Shown here one piece after another: positions 1-9,637 of a stretch of 64,000 nt of DNA. This DNA is from Deltaproteobacteria bacterium (lineage in GTDB: Bacteria > Myxococcota_A > Polyangia > Polyangiales > Houyiibacteriaceae), in NCBI GenBank assembly GCA_034670305.1, contig JAXMNT010000027.1, positions 39,125-103,124 of the forward strand. The letters run 5' to 3'. Within the stretch, counting starts at the first letter, position 1. The number at the start of each line of letters is the position of its first letter. The notes under the pieces are model-generated. The model saw nothing but the letters and a program-made list of their open reading frames with translations. It searched no databases and was not told the DNA's origin. The position numbers and the translations under genes were made by a program.

Positions 1-188
1 CGAGTAGCGGGGTGCGGCGAAGCCGAGCGAAGCGAGCAAGCCTTTTTACGAACGGGGTTTCGGTGCCCCCAAGAGTTCCGCGCACTCGGCGCAGTTGTCG
101 GTTTCGACTCGCTTTTGAGAATTCGGAGTAGGGTGCGCGTACTGCCGTGTCGCGCGTGTGGACAAGAGATGGGTGCGTTTGTCCGAAC

Positions 189-416
189 GGATTGTTTCGG
201 AGGGGTGGGGCAGTCGAGCGGAGCGAGCGGTCGACCCCCGCAGGAGGCATCCGACGAGGAGGTCGAGCCCAGCCCCGCAGCAACCATCCCCATGCAGAAG
301 GATTGTTGCGGAGGGGTGGGGCAGTCGAGCGGAGCGAGCGGTCGACCCCCGCAGGAGGCATCCGACGAGGAGGTCGAGCCCAGCCCCGCAGCAACCATCC
401 CCATGCAGAAGGATTG
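189..416. repeat. Tandem duplication of a 111-bp GC-rich, imperfectly palindromic unit (2 copies plus 6 bp)
   Basis: Units start at 189 and 300 (GGATTGTT[T/G]CGGAGGGGTGGGGCAGTCG...CCCCATGCAGAA) and differ at one base. GGATTG restarts at 411. Confidence 0.95.
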
Positions 417-3400
417 CGTGCGTGTCCACGCCCCACGTGCACGAGCATCTTCTCAGCCGCTGCGGCCGGCCTCCTGATCGCGGCCACGCTGTGTTCGGTG
501 CCGGCGGTGGCCCAGCAACCCGAGAGCCACGTGCGGGGGTACTACGGTCGACCCGTGCACGAGGTCGTGCTCGTTGGTTCCGAGTCCCGTCGGGCGCAGG
601 TGCGCGACGTGGGCATCCCGGTGGGGGCCCGGCTCAGTCGAGGTCTGCTTCGGACCGCGATCCGGCGGCTGCTCGAGAGCGGCCGCTGGGCCGATGTGCA
701 ACTCGATGTCCAGCTCGACGAGACGGGCGGGGTCGTGATCCTGGCGAAGCTCGTCCCGCGCCTCTTGCTGACCCGCGTCGACATCTTCGGCAACGACGTG
801 CTCGACGAAGCCGTGTTGCGTCGAGAGCTGGGGCTCGGACCGGACTCGGAGATCGAAGCCGGCGACGTACCTGGGATCCTGGCTTCGGTGCGCCGGCTGC
901 ACACCCGGCGCGGCTACGAGCAGGTGCAGGTCGAAGCGGAGCTGCGCGACACCTCCGACCCCGCCAAGAAGGTGCTCGTGCTGCGCATCGAGGTCGGTCC
1001 ACCCACCGAGATATTGGCGGTCGTGTTCGAAGGCGAACCCATGCCCGAAGGGTCGCGGGTGCTGCACGCGATGGAGCTCGACGCGGGCGACGTGCTCGAC
1101 CGGACCCTGCTCGAAGACGCGGTGTCCCGCGGAGAAGCGCGGCTGCGCGAGCGAGGTTGGTTGCAGGCGGCGCTCGGCGCCCCGGAGGAGCGGCGTGGCG
1201 AAGCGGGCGTGGTGCTCGTGGTGCCGAGCTCGGTCGGCCCCCGCTTCGATGTGGCGATCCGCGGCAACGAGCCGCTCGATCGGGGGGAGGTGTACGACGA
1301 GCTCCGGATCGGATCCGAGCGGCTGACGGTCGCGGCGGCCAGCGCGATGGAGCAACGCGTGGTCGACCTCTACCAGCGTTCCGGCTTCCCGGACGTGTCC
1401 GTCCAGATTCGGCGCGTGCCGGCACCGCGCCGGCCCGATGGGACCGACGACGAAACGCGGGCCGTGCTCGATGTACGCGTCGCTCGAGGCGTCCCCCTGA
1501 GTGTGGTCGCCCGCTCGTACCCCGGCTCACGACACTTCGACCAGGACTACCTGGACGAGCAGGTCGACTCGATCCTCGACGAGGCGCTCGACACCCAGAG
1601 CATTCTCGAGCCGGTCGACGAGGAGACCGCCGAGCGTCTTGTGGCGGATAGTCAGCGCGGCCTGAGGGAACGTCCCCAGCCGGTGGAGATCGACGCGTCG
1701 CGGTTGTGGGTGCCGGCGGCGTACGAGCGGGCGGCGGAGCATCTGCGGGAGCTGCACGAGGTGGCGGGTTTCCTCGATGTTCGGGTCGGCACACCGGAGC
1801 TGCAGAGGTTGGACGAGCGACGCGCAGTGGTCGTGATCCCGATCACGCAAGGGCCGCGCTCTCTGCTCTACGGGGTCGTGTTGACGGGCAACGACGCCCT
1901 GACCACCCGCGAGGTGCTCGAAGCCGCCGGACTGCAACGGGAGCAGCCGTTCTCTTATCTGGCGCTCGAGGACGCCAAACGCCGAATCCTCGATGCCTAC
2001 CAAGCCCGCGGTCACTACTACGCGAGCATCGACTCCGACGTTCGGTTCAGCAGCGACCGCACGCGTGCGGAGCTGGTCCTGCGCGTGAGCGAGCGGTTCC
2101 CGGTGCGGGTCGGCGATGTGATCGTTCGCGGACTCGTCGAGACGAACGAGCGGCTGGTGCGCCGCGTGATGCCGCTCGAACGGGATGCGCTCCTGACACC
2201 TGCGCTGCTCCGATCCACGCAGGAGCGTCTTCTGGAGCTGGGTGTGTTCACGAGCGTGAATGTGGCGCCGCAGGATCCAGAGCTGCCGGCGCGCGTGAAG
2301 CCGGTCGAGGTCACGTTCGCCGAGCGCAAGACCCAGTACCTCGACTTTCGGGCGGGTGTGTCGACCGGACAGGGCGCGCGGTTCGGGCTCAGCTATGGGT
2401 ACCGGAACCTGTTCGGGACCGCGATGTCCCTCACCTTGGCTGCACAGTTCGGGTACCAGTTCTTCTTTCTCGACGACGAGGTCGAGCGGCGGTTCCAGTC
2501 GCTCAGCTTGCAGGACCGGCTCGAGCGGCGCGTGTCCGCCAGCCTCGGCATTCCGTACATCGGACTGCCGAGCGTGCGCACCACCCTCGGTCTGATCCAC
2601 CAGCGCGAGAACGAACGGAACTTCGGGCTCTCTCGAAACAGCATCGACCTGACGTTTGCCTGGCGGGCCCACCGCACCGTGAACGTGCAGTTCAGTGGCG
2701 ACGTCGAAAACAACGATGTCGATGTGCTCGGCGGACAATCGTACGAGGACGTCCTCGAGGCGACGTCCGGCGATCCACGCCTGCGCAGCTTGCTGCGGGT
2801 GCCCGAAGGCGCGAGCACGCTGGTGGCGGCCGAGATCTCTGCGACGCTCGATCGGCGCGACAGTCCCTTCGTGCCGACGCGCGGGTTCTTGCTCACGGCC
2901 TCGACCGAATGGGCGCGCACGATCCGGTCCGAAGCGATCGAACGGTTCGATGAGATCACGCGCTTTTACAGCCACCATCTTCGCTTTCAGCTCAGCGGCA
3001 GCGGGTACGTGCCCTTCGGTCCGCGCAACCGGTTCGTCTTCGCGACCCAGCTGAAGATCGGCCGCGTGGTGCATCTCGAAGATCAGTCGGACACCTACCC
3101 GAACCGGCAGTTCTTCGTGGGTGGCGTCGGCAGCATGCGCGGGTACCTGCAGGACGCGATGGTTCCGCAGGACCTGGCCGAGGAGATCGAGCGCAACCCC
3201 GAACTCGGCAGCGCGCTCGTGCAGGGCGGCGACACCTACTTGGTGGTGCGCGGCGAGATGCGCTTTCCCATCGCAGGCGACCTGCGCGGAGGCGCGTTCG
3301 TCGACTTTGGCAACCTGTGGATCGAGCCGGGCCAGCTCAACCCGCTCGAGCTGCGCCCGACGGCCGGGCTCGGTCTGCGCATCGGCACCCCGGTGGGCCC

Positions 3401-3491
3401 CATCGCGCTCGACTACGGCATCTTGCTCGCGCGCCGGAAGTTCCTCGGAGAACCCTTCGGCAGCTTCCACTTCAGCATTGGGCTTTTCTAA
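414..3491 (+). CDS. Omp85 (BamA/TamA) family outer membrane protein with multiple POTRA domains
   Basis: Signal peptide (LLIAATLCSVPAVA-Q), repeated POTRA-like segments (IFGNDVL, IRGNEPL, LTGNDAL), barrel motifs FFVGGVGSMRGY and GLGLRIGTPVGPIALDYG, C-terminal FSIGLF. Start uncertain: in-frame TTG 414 chosen because the upstream ORF extension runs through the 111-bp repeat. Confidence 0.9.
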   Translation: MRACPRPTCTSIFSAAAAGLLIAATLCSVPAVAQQPESHVRGYYGRPVHEVVLVGSESRRAQVRDVGIPVGARLSRGLLRTAIRRLLESGRWADVQLDVQLDETGGVVILAKLVPRLLLTRVDIFGNDVLDEAVLRRELGLGPDSEIEAGDVPGILASVRRLHTRRGYEQVQVEAELRDTSDPAKKVLVLRIEVGPPTEILAVVFEGEPMPEGSRVLHAMELDAGDVLDRTLLEDAVSRGEARLRERGWLQAALGAPEERRGEAGVVLVVPSSVGPRFDVAIRGNEPLDRGEVYDELRIGSERLTVAAASAMEQRVVDLYQRSGFPDVSVQIRRVPAPRRPDGTDDETRAVLDVRVARGVPLSVVARSYPGSRHFDQDYLDEQVDSILDEALDTQSILEPVDEETAERLVADSQRGLRERPQPVEIDASRLWVPAAYERAAEHLRELHEVAGFLDVRVGTPELQRLDERRAVVVIPITQGPRSLLYGVVLTGNDALTTREVLEAAGLQREQPFSYLALEDAKRRILDAYQARGHYYASIDSDVRFSSDRTRAELVLRVSERFPVRVGDVIVRGLVETNERLVRRVMPLERDALLTPALLRSTQERLLELGVFTSVNVAPQDPELPARVKPVEVTFAERKTQYLDFRAGVSTGQGARFGLSYGYRNLFGTAMSLTLAAQFGYQFFFLDDEVERRFQSLSLQDRLERRVSASLGIPYIGLPSVRTTLGLIHQRENERNFGLSRNSIDLTFAWRAHRTVNVQFSGDVENNDVDVLGGQSYEDVLEATSGDPRLRSLLRVPEGASTLVAAEISATLDRRDSPFVPTRGFLLTASTEWARTIRSEAIERFDEITRFYSHHLRFQLSGSGYVPFGPRNRFVFATQLKIGRVVHLEDQSDTYPNRQFFVGGVGSMRGYLQDAMVPQDLAEEIERNPELGSALVQGGDTYLVVRGEMRFPIAGDLRGGAFVDFGNLWIEPGQLNPLELRPTAGLGLRIGTPVGPIALDYGILLARRKFLGEPFGSFHFSIGLF

Positions 3492-3497
3492 CTGCAT

Positions 3498-3768
3498 TAC
3501 GGGCCTGGCTCGCTTCGCGAGACTGGCGGCCCTAATTCGGCGTCCGTTGTTTCTGAGGGGGACGGGTTCCCCCTCCGGCCTGCGGCCTCCTCCCCACCTG
3601 GGCACATCGACGTGCTCGCCGCCCGCGCATTTGGACGCACTGAAGAAGCGATTGGAACAACTGGCGGCTGCGCGCGGTGAAGGCACTCCCGCCGCCTCTA
3701 CGACGCACTTGGGGAGTGCACCCGTTGCTCGGCCTGCGGGCTGCGCAGGTGCACGGGTGGAGATGCCT
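3498..3768 (+). repeat. Composite intergenic repeat, modules A (3498-3545), B (3551-3601), C (3602-3768)
   Basis: Each module has a near-identical reverse-complement copy in 20813-21146. Module A also occurs at 23975-24009 and 59663-59705. Confidence 0.9.
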
Positions 3769-3847
3769 GACTCGCTGGCGCTGTTCGAGGCGGCTCCCCA
3801 CCTGGGGCTGCGCGCGTTGTCGAATCTTCGCGTCGAGAGGACCCGGG

Positions 3848-4735
3848 CTACTTCTTTTGTTCGCGGGCGCGTTTGGCGATGTAGCGGACGACCGCGCCGG
3901 CCACGTCCTGTCCGGTGGCGCGCTCGATGCCCTCGAGGCCGGGCGACGAGTTCACCTCGATGAGGAGCGGACCGTTCTCTCCCCGCAGAAGATCCACCCC
4001 GGCGAGTTTCAGGTTCAGCGCTGTGGCCGCGCGGATGGCGACGTCTTTCTCCGCTTCGGTTGCTTCGACCTTCGTCGCGACGCCACCGCGGTGCACGTTG
4101 GACCGAAACTCGCCCGGCGGCGCGGTGCGCAGCATGGATGCGACCACGCGGTTGCCTACCACGAAGCAACGAATGTCCTGCCCGCGCGCTTCTTTCACAA
4201 ACGCTTGCACGAGCATGTGCGCGTTGAGATTCCGAAACGACTCGATGACCGCCTCGGCGACGTTCTGGGTTTCACAGAGCACCACCCCGACCCCCTGGGT
4301 GCCTTCGAGCAGCTTCACCACGAGCGGTGGTCCGCCGACCGCGCGGATGAGGCCCTTCACGTCCTGGCGCGCATGTCCGAACGCGGTGACCGGCATCGGG
4401 ATCTCGTGCCGGGACAGCACCTGCAGACACCGCAGCTTGTCGCGGGAGCGTTGGATGGCGACGGCGGTGTTGGGCGTGTACACGCCCATTGCCTCGAGTT
4501 GGCGCACGACCGCGGTTCCGTAGAGCGTCTCCGAGGTCGGGACGCGCGGAATGGCGGCGTCGAACCGAGGGAGCGGCGCGTCCTGGTAGAGGATCGAGGG
4601 TGCACCGGTGACCACCTGCACGTGGCAGAGCAGGTAGTCGACAACCCGCATGTCGTAACCGGCGCGCTGGCCCGCTTCGACGAAGCGTTTCGTCGAGTAG
4701 AGGTAGGGATTCTGCGACAGGACGGCGATGCGCAT
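3848..4735 (-). CDS. rimK: RimK family alpha-L-glutamate ligase (ATP-grasp)
   Basis: MRIAVLSQNPYLYSTKR, RDKLRCLQ, KLLEGTQGVGV, FRSNVHRGG, EVNSSPGLEGIE; 295 aa from ATG 4735. Confidence 0.95.
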   Translation of the reverse strand: MRIAVLSQNPYLYSTKRFVEAGQRAGYDMRVVDYLLCHVQVVTGAPSILYQDAPLPRFDAAIPRVPTSETLYGTAVVRQLEAMGVYTPNTAVAIQRSRDKLRCLQVLSRHEIPMPVTAFGHARQDVKGLIRAVGGPPLVVKLLEGTQGVGVVLCETQNVAEAVIESFRNLNAHMLVQAFVKEARGQDIRCFVVGNRVVASMLRTAPPGEFRSNVHRGGVATKVEATEAEKDVAIRAATALNLKLAGVDLLRGENGPLLIEVNSSPGLEGIERATGQDVAGAVVRYIAKRAREQKK

Positions 4736-4854
4736 GGCGGCGGCAGCGTACCTTCGCGTCGGCCCGGTCCGGTGTACAATCGCCCCCTTGCGCCGGTGGG
4801 GATCGACACGCACCCTCTCCACGCTCGTTTCACCTGCTCGCCGGAGAGTCTTCG

Positions 4855-6615
4855 ATGACCCAGCTCCAGACCGGTTCCGCCGCGATTCCCGAGGCCGAAC
4901 ACCGCATCCCGCCGACCTCTCACGACGACCTCGACGCCGCGCTCGCGGTGCTCAAGGATCACGCCGAGGAGTGGCGCACGCTCTCGCTGTCCGAGCGCAT
5001 CACGCTGCTCGAGCAGCTGCTCGACTCGACCTTCGCGACCAGCGAACGGTGGGTCAGAGAAGCCTGCGCGGCCAAGGGCCTCGAGATGGGCGGGCCCTAC
5101 GAAGCAGAAGAGTGGCTTGGTGGCCCGGTGGTGGTGCTCCGCAACCTGCGCCTGCTGATTCGTTCGCTTCGGGAGATCCAAGCGTCCGGCAAACCGCAGC
5201 TTCCCGGCAAACCCACCGTGCGACCGAACGGCCAGGTCATCGCGCCTGTGTTCCCGACCGACGGCTGGGACAAGTTGCTCTTCACCGGGTTCACCGGTGA
5301 GGTCTGGATGGACCCGAGCGTTACCCCGTCGACCCTCGAAGAGTCGATGGCCGTCTTCTACGCCAACCCGCAGAAGGACGGCCGGTTCGCCGAAGCCAAG
5401 GTCGGCCTCGTGCTCGGCGCCGGCAACGTGAGCTCCATCGGTCCGATGGACGCGCTCTACAAACTCTTCGCCGAAGGCGAAGTCGTCGTGCTCAAGATGA
5501 ACCCGGTCAACGAGTACCTCGGGCCGATCGTCGACGAGGCGTTCCGGGAGCTCGTGCGGCGCGGGTTCCTCCGCGTGGTGTACGGCGGTGCCGCCGAAGG
5601 CGACTACCTCTGTCAGCACGAGAAGGTCGACTCCATCCACATCACCGGTTCCGACAAGACCCACGACGCGATCGTGTGGGGACTCGGGGAAGACGGCGAA
5701 GCGCGCAAGCGGCGGGGCGAACCGCGCAACGACAAGCCGATCTCGAGCGAGCTCGGAAACGTGAGCCCGATCATCGTCGTGCCCGGACCCTGGTCACAGG
5801 CCGACCTCGACTTCCATGGCGTCAACCTCGCCAGCTCGTTGACGAACAACGCTGGGTTCAACTGCAACGCGACCCGCGTCGTGGTCACCCACGCCGGCTG
5901 GGCCCAGCGCCAGGGTCTGATCGATTCGATCAAGACCGCGTTCGCGAGCGCTGCCCCGCGCGCGCCCTACTACCCGGGCGCGGAGAGCCGCCACGAGCGC
6001 TTCGTCGAAGAACATCCCGACGCGCATCAGTTCGGGCCGCGGGGCCAGGGCCGGGTGCCGTGGACGTTGATCACCGACCTCGATCCCGAGAAGGCAGACG
6101 AACTGTGTTTCTCCACCGAGGCCTGGTGCGGGGTCACGAGCGAAGTGCCGCTCGGTGGTTCGGATCCCGTCGACTACATCGAACGCGCGGTCCGCTTCGC
6201 CAACGACACCTGCTGGGGCACGCTCAGCTGCTCGATCATCGTGCACCCGAAGTCGCTGAAAGACCCGCGCACGGCACGTGCTGTGGAAGAAGCGATCGCG
6301 GATCTCCGATTCGGTTCGGTCGTCGTGAACCATTGGGCCGCGCTCAGCTACGCGTTCGTCTCGACCACGTGGGGCGCGTTCCCTGGCCACCCGAAGACCG
6401 ACATCCGTTCCGGCAAGGGCGTGGTCCACAACACCTACCTCTTCGACAAGCCGCAGAAGTCGGTCATTCGTGGACCGTTCCGCGTGTCGCCGCGTCCGCC
6501 GTGGTTCCTCGGCCACAAGACCGGACCGGCGCTCGGTCGGAAGCTGACGAAGTTCTACTACGAGCCGGCGCTTCGACGGATCCCGTCGCTGCTCTTCAGC
6601 GCGATCCGCGGCTGA
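4855..6615 (+). CDS. Aldehyde dehydrogenase family protein
   Basis: GAGNV, VLKMNP, HITGS, SELGNVSP (catalytic Glu region), NNAGFNC (catalytic Cys), FSTEAW, AVRFAND. Confidence 0.88.
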   Translation: MTQLQTGSAAIPEAEHRIPPTSHDDLDAALAVLKDHAEEWRTLSLSERITLLEQLLDSTFATSERWVREACAAKGLEMGGPYEAEEWLGGPVVVLRNLRLLIRSLREIQASGKPQLPGKPTVRPNGQVIAPVFPTDGWDKLLFTGFTGEVWMDPSVTPSTLEESMAVFYANPQKDGRFAEAKVGLVLGAGNVSSIGPMDALYKLFAEGEVVVLKMNPVNEYLGPIVDEAFRELVRRGFLRVVYGGAAEGDYLCQHEKVDSIHITGSDKTHDAIVWGLGEDGEARKRRGEPRNDKPISSELGNVSPIIVVPGPWSQADLDFHGVNLASSLTNNAGFNCNATRVVVTHAGWAQRQGLIDSIKTAFASAAPRAPYYPGAESRHERFVEEHPDAHQFGPRGQGRVPWTLITDLDPEKADELCFSTEAWCGVTSEVPLGGSDPVDYIERAVRFANDTCWGTLSCSIIVHPKSLKDPRTARAVEEAIADLRFGSVVVNHWAALSYAFVSTTWGAFPGHPKTDIRSGKGVVHNTYLFDKPQKSVIRGPFRVSPRPPWFLGHKTGPALGRKLTKFYYEPALRRIPSLLFSAIRG

Positions 6616-7249
6616 CTTCGGCTTCGCACACCCTTCGGTACGCGCTGGCCAGTCCATCGAGGCCGGGCGCACCGTCGGGGTGCGCCCGCAGGTAGGTTGC
6701 GATGGCGTCGACATCCGCGTCGCGCCGGTAGGCGACCTCGAACTCGTACTCCGATGGACCCGCGTGCAGTGCATCGCGGATCCGGAGTTCGAGGGCGTAG
6801 GCTTCGGCTTCGCGGCCGAGGGCCGCGTCCACCCGCGCCTCGCAGTCCAGACCTGCGCCCCGCGCGGTCGGGCGGAGTGGCGGTCCCTGGACCACGTGGT
6901 CCAGCAGGTGCGCGGCGCGGGCCGCGACCGCCGGGTCCGGATCGCTCCGCCGCAGGATCAGAAACCGTTGTGCGACCACCACCGACGAGTCCCCGTCGCA
7001 AAAGCACCAGTGCACCGACTCGGTGCCACGGAGCAACGCCGCGGCTTCGGTCTGCGCCAACATCGACCTCAGGCGATCCGCCCTTGGAAGGTCGATCGCA
7101 CCACACGGGCACGCGGCCGTCTGCGCGGGGACTGGCTCCGCGCCGACCGAGGGCTCGGAACAACCCGCCAGCGCAAGGCTCAGGAGCAATCGCGCCCAGT
7201 GGGACGGCGAGCGCGTGACGAATGGGCTCGGCTGGGGCAGGCTACCCAT
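6596..7249 (-). CDS. Hypothetical lipoprotein
   Basis: Lipobox LALAGC and protein-like composition. Start uncertain. The 3' end overlaps the convergent ALDH gene by 20 bp. Confidence 0.6.
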   Translation of the reverse strand: MGSLPQPSPFVTRSPSHWARLLLSLALAGCSEPSVGAEPVPAQTAACPCGAIDLPRADRLRSMLAQTEAAALLRGTESVHWCFCDGDSSVVVAQRFLILRRSDPDPAVAARAAHLLDHVVQGPPLRPTARGAGLDCEARVDAALGREAEAYALELRIRDALHAGPSEYEFEVAYRRDADVDAIATYLRAHPDGAPGLDGLASAYRRVCEAEVSRGSR

Positions 7250-7253
7250 CTCG

Positions 7254-7499
7254 ATGAGGACGATCGCACGACTCGCGGCCCTGTGGGGCCTGACCTTGGC
7301 TCTCGGCTGCGGAGGCGGAGACATCGGGGACACCTGCGAGAACCCCGACGACTGCAGCTCCGGACTGACTTGCTACGCCTGGCCCTGCCTGGAGGGCGCC
7401 AGCTGCGTCTTCACCTGCGAGCAGGAGTGCACCATGGACGAAGAGTGCAACGGCCGGACCTGCAGCGGTGGCCTCTGCATCGTCACCGTCTCTCGTTAG
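7254..7499 (+). CDS. Small Cys-rich lipoprotein (81 aa)
   Basis: MRTIARLAALWGLTLALGC lipobox; GDTCENPDDCSSGLTC-type repeats. Confidence 0.8.
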   Translation: MRTIARLAALWGLTLALGCGGGDIGDTCENPDDCSSGLTCYAWPCLEGASCVFTCEQECTMDEECNGRTCSGGLCIVTVSR

Positions 7500-7549
7500 C
7501 CAGAGCCGGCACTTGCACCGTCTGACGGGCACACGTACCGTACGCGGCG

Positions 7550-7813
7550 ATGAAAACCCTCGGACTTATCTTTTCGCTCGCGCTCTTCACCCTCGGTGGA
7601 TGCGCCAACGAAGTCGGCACTCGTTGTGAGAGCGAGGGCGACTGCAGCGACGGCACCATCTGTGCGCACGACGTGATCTGCGCCGATCTCGACGACTGCG
7701 TCGGCGTCTGCTCCGATGCGTGCAGCACGGACGAAGATTGCTCGAGCGATGCGCGCTGCTTCCGCGAAGCGGGCAGCGGCCGCGGCTACTGCCGCTTCTT
7801 CGAAGGCGGCTAG
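7550..7813 (+). CDS. Small Cys-rich lipoprotein (87 aa), probable paralog of the upstream gene
   Basis: MKTLGLIFSLALFTLGGC lipobox; similar Cys spacing (GTRCESEGDCSDGTIC...CSTDEDC). Confidence 0.85.
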   Translation: MKTLGLIFSLALFTLGGCANEVGTRCESEGDCSDGTICAHDVICADLDDCVGVCSDACSTDEDCSSDARCFREAGSGRGYCRFFEGG

Positions 7814-7836
7814 TCAACCCGCGGAGCGGGGTGACT

Positions 7837-8003
7837 CCCTTGCCCCTGCCCTTGCCCCTGCCCTTGCCCTTGGGTGGCGAGGGGAACGCGTGGAACGACT
7901 CAGGCATCGGCTCAGCTCCATGGGCTCGATGGATGCGAATCCTTTGAATCGACTACCGCTGAATCGCCTGATCCTCGGCGGCAAGGCGGGCACGGGCACG
8001 GGG
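7837..8003. repeat. Hexamer-repeat cassette: (CCC[T/C]TG)x6 ... (GGGCAC)x2
   Basis: Read directly at 7837-7872 and 7988-8003, between convergent genes. Confidence 0.85.
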
Positions 8004-8023
8004 TAGGAAGAACCTCATTCTTC

Positions 8024-9259
8024 CTACGTGTGGATCGACTCCAGCGCGATGTCGCGGAGGCTGATCGCGTTCACGACCCCGCTGAACGCCAGGAACGCGG
8101 CGAGGTTGCGCACGTTCGCTGCCCACGGCGGAACGTACTTCGGTGCGCCAACGAGATTCTTCTCGAACAGCGGCTCGAGCTCGAAGATGTCCGTCAGCGT
8201 CAACCGGCCGACGAAGAGCCGCGAGATGAGTTCGGGCCGTCGTTCGGTGATCACCTTCCGCAGGAACGTGTGCACGGCGAAGAGGCCGCGCAGGTACACG
8301 ACGTCCTTCGTGAACGGGAACCGGCCGCGCACGTCGCCGCCCCGGAAGATCCGCGCCGCGGTGCGTGCCGCTTCGCCTTCGGGTTCTTCGATGGAGACGA
8401 GCCAACGGAACACCTCGATGAAGTCGGCGCCTTCCTCCGCGAGGTGAATCGCGTGCACTCGGTACGCGAGTCGGCGCAGCCGAGCGAGATCGATCGAACC
8501 GGTGATCAGCTCCGCGAAGGTGGCCAGACCCTCCTGGGTGGCGGTCGTCCGCGGGGAGCCCAGGCTGAGCGCCGTCAACACCGGTTGTGCACGCCCGTTC
8601 CGAGACGTCAGCGAGTGCACGCCGATCTCGTGTTCGCTGAGCTGCGCGATGTCGGTCTCGCTGAAACAGGTCGCGTCCCGGAGCCGGACCCGGTGCGCGC
8701 TCGCAGCCGCTTTCGCGCCGAGCTTCGGATCCACCACGATGCGGATGGGCTTCTCGAAGAACCGCTTCCAGCGTTTGCGCAGTGCCGCCGCGACGGCCTC
8801 GGGGGTCAAGCAGTACTCGTTCTCGTCGTCGGGCGTGGCCGCCGCGAGCGCTTTGGTGGCTGCGAGTAGCTTGTTCGCCGCGTCGAGCTGGTTCATCGAC
8901 GTGCCGTGGAGTGGCTCTTTCGCGCCGCCGTAGATCTCGCGCGAGAGCGCGTAGGCCGCTGGCGTGCCCGCCACTTGGATCATGCCCGCGATCTTCCGGT
9001 AGCTCTCTGCGGTGCGCTGCAGAAACGCGCCGGTCGGACTCTTCGGGTCGGCGCGCTCTTGGAGCGCCTTGAGCGGCTTGTCGACCGACCGAACCTTCTT
9101 CACCGGCGGCGGCTCCGGCAACCGCACATCGCCGGCGCGGTACCGCTCGAGGAACTGATCGGTGACCGAAGGCGGCCAGCTGATGACGCTGAGGACTTTG
9201 ATCTTCTTGGCCACGCGAACGAGCTCGTCGCTCTGTTCGCGAACCGCATATGCATCCAT
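8024..9259 (-). CDS. QEGLA-motif / DUF1704 (MATCAP-like) metallocarboxypeptidase family protein
   Basis: HEIGVH zinc motif, TQEGLA, RIFRG, FTKDVVYLRG. Confidence 0.9.
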   Translation of the reverse strand: MDAYAVREQSDELVRVAKKIKVLSVISWPPSVTDQFLERYRAGDVRLPEPPPVKKVRSVDKPLKALQERADPKSPTGAFLQRTAESYRKIAGMIQVAGTPAAYALSREIYGGAKEPLHGTSMNQLDAANKLLAATKALAAATPDDENEYCLTPEAVAAALRKRWKRFFEKPIRIVVDPKLGAKAAASAHRVRLRDATCFSETDIAQLSEHEIGVHSLTSRNGRAQPVLTALSLGSPRTTATQEGLATFAELITGSIDLARLRRLAYRVHAIHLAEEGADFIEVFRWLVSIEEPEGEAARTAARIFRGGDVRGRFPFTKDVVYLRGLFAVHTFLRKVITERRPELISRLFVGRLTLTDIFELEPLFEKNLVGAPKYVPPWAANVRNLAAFLAFSGVVNAISLRDIALESIHT

Positions 9260-9334
9260 GGCCCCACGATACCAGCGTGCCCCAGCGCGCAAGTGCAAGA
9301 TCGCCCGGGCTGTGGCCATGGGCTATCGTCGGGT

Positions 9335-9523
9335 GTGCGCGAAGAACATCTCGAAGACGAGGCCCTGGTGAGCTGCCCGTGGTGCTTCGAGCAGATCGAA
9401 CTCTACGTGGAGCCGGGCGATGTCGGCCGCAGCGATCGGGACTGCGACGTCTGCTGCCGCCCTTGGACGGTTCACGTCTCCCGCGAAGACGGTCGGCTCT
9501 CGGTCTTCGTCGAGCGGGCCTGA
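9335..9523 (+). CDS. CPXCG-motif small Cys-rich (zinc ribbon) protein
   Basis: SCPWCFEQIEL...DCDVCCRPW; GTG start 9335. Confidence 0.85.
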   Translation: MREEHLEDEALVSCPWCFEQIELYVEPGDVGRSDRDCDVCCRPWTVHVSREDGRLSVFVERA

Positions 9524-9562
9524 CCGGCTCGGCTCCTGGGTCGCCCGGAACCCGTTCGGGCC

Positions 9563-9590
9563 TTGACCCGGTGGTTGCCCACACTACCGT
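9563..9590 (+). promoter_or_regulatory. Possible sigma70-type promoter of aspS
   Basis: TTGACC-N16-TACCGT, 47 bp upstream of the start codon. Confidence 0.4.
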
Positions 9591-9637
9591 GCCCGTCCCC
9601 GGTGAATTCGCCGGGCGCACAGATTCGGAGACCTTAG

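Noticed and set aside
189-416. CRISPR array
   Set aside because: Two contiguous 111-bp units with no unique spacers and no cas genes.
3602-3768. tRNA or known riboswitch in repeat module C
   Set aside because: No cloverleaf, T-loop/CCA or recognisable aptamer consensus; it lies downstream of genes in differing orientations.
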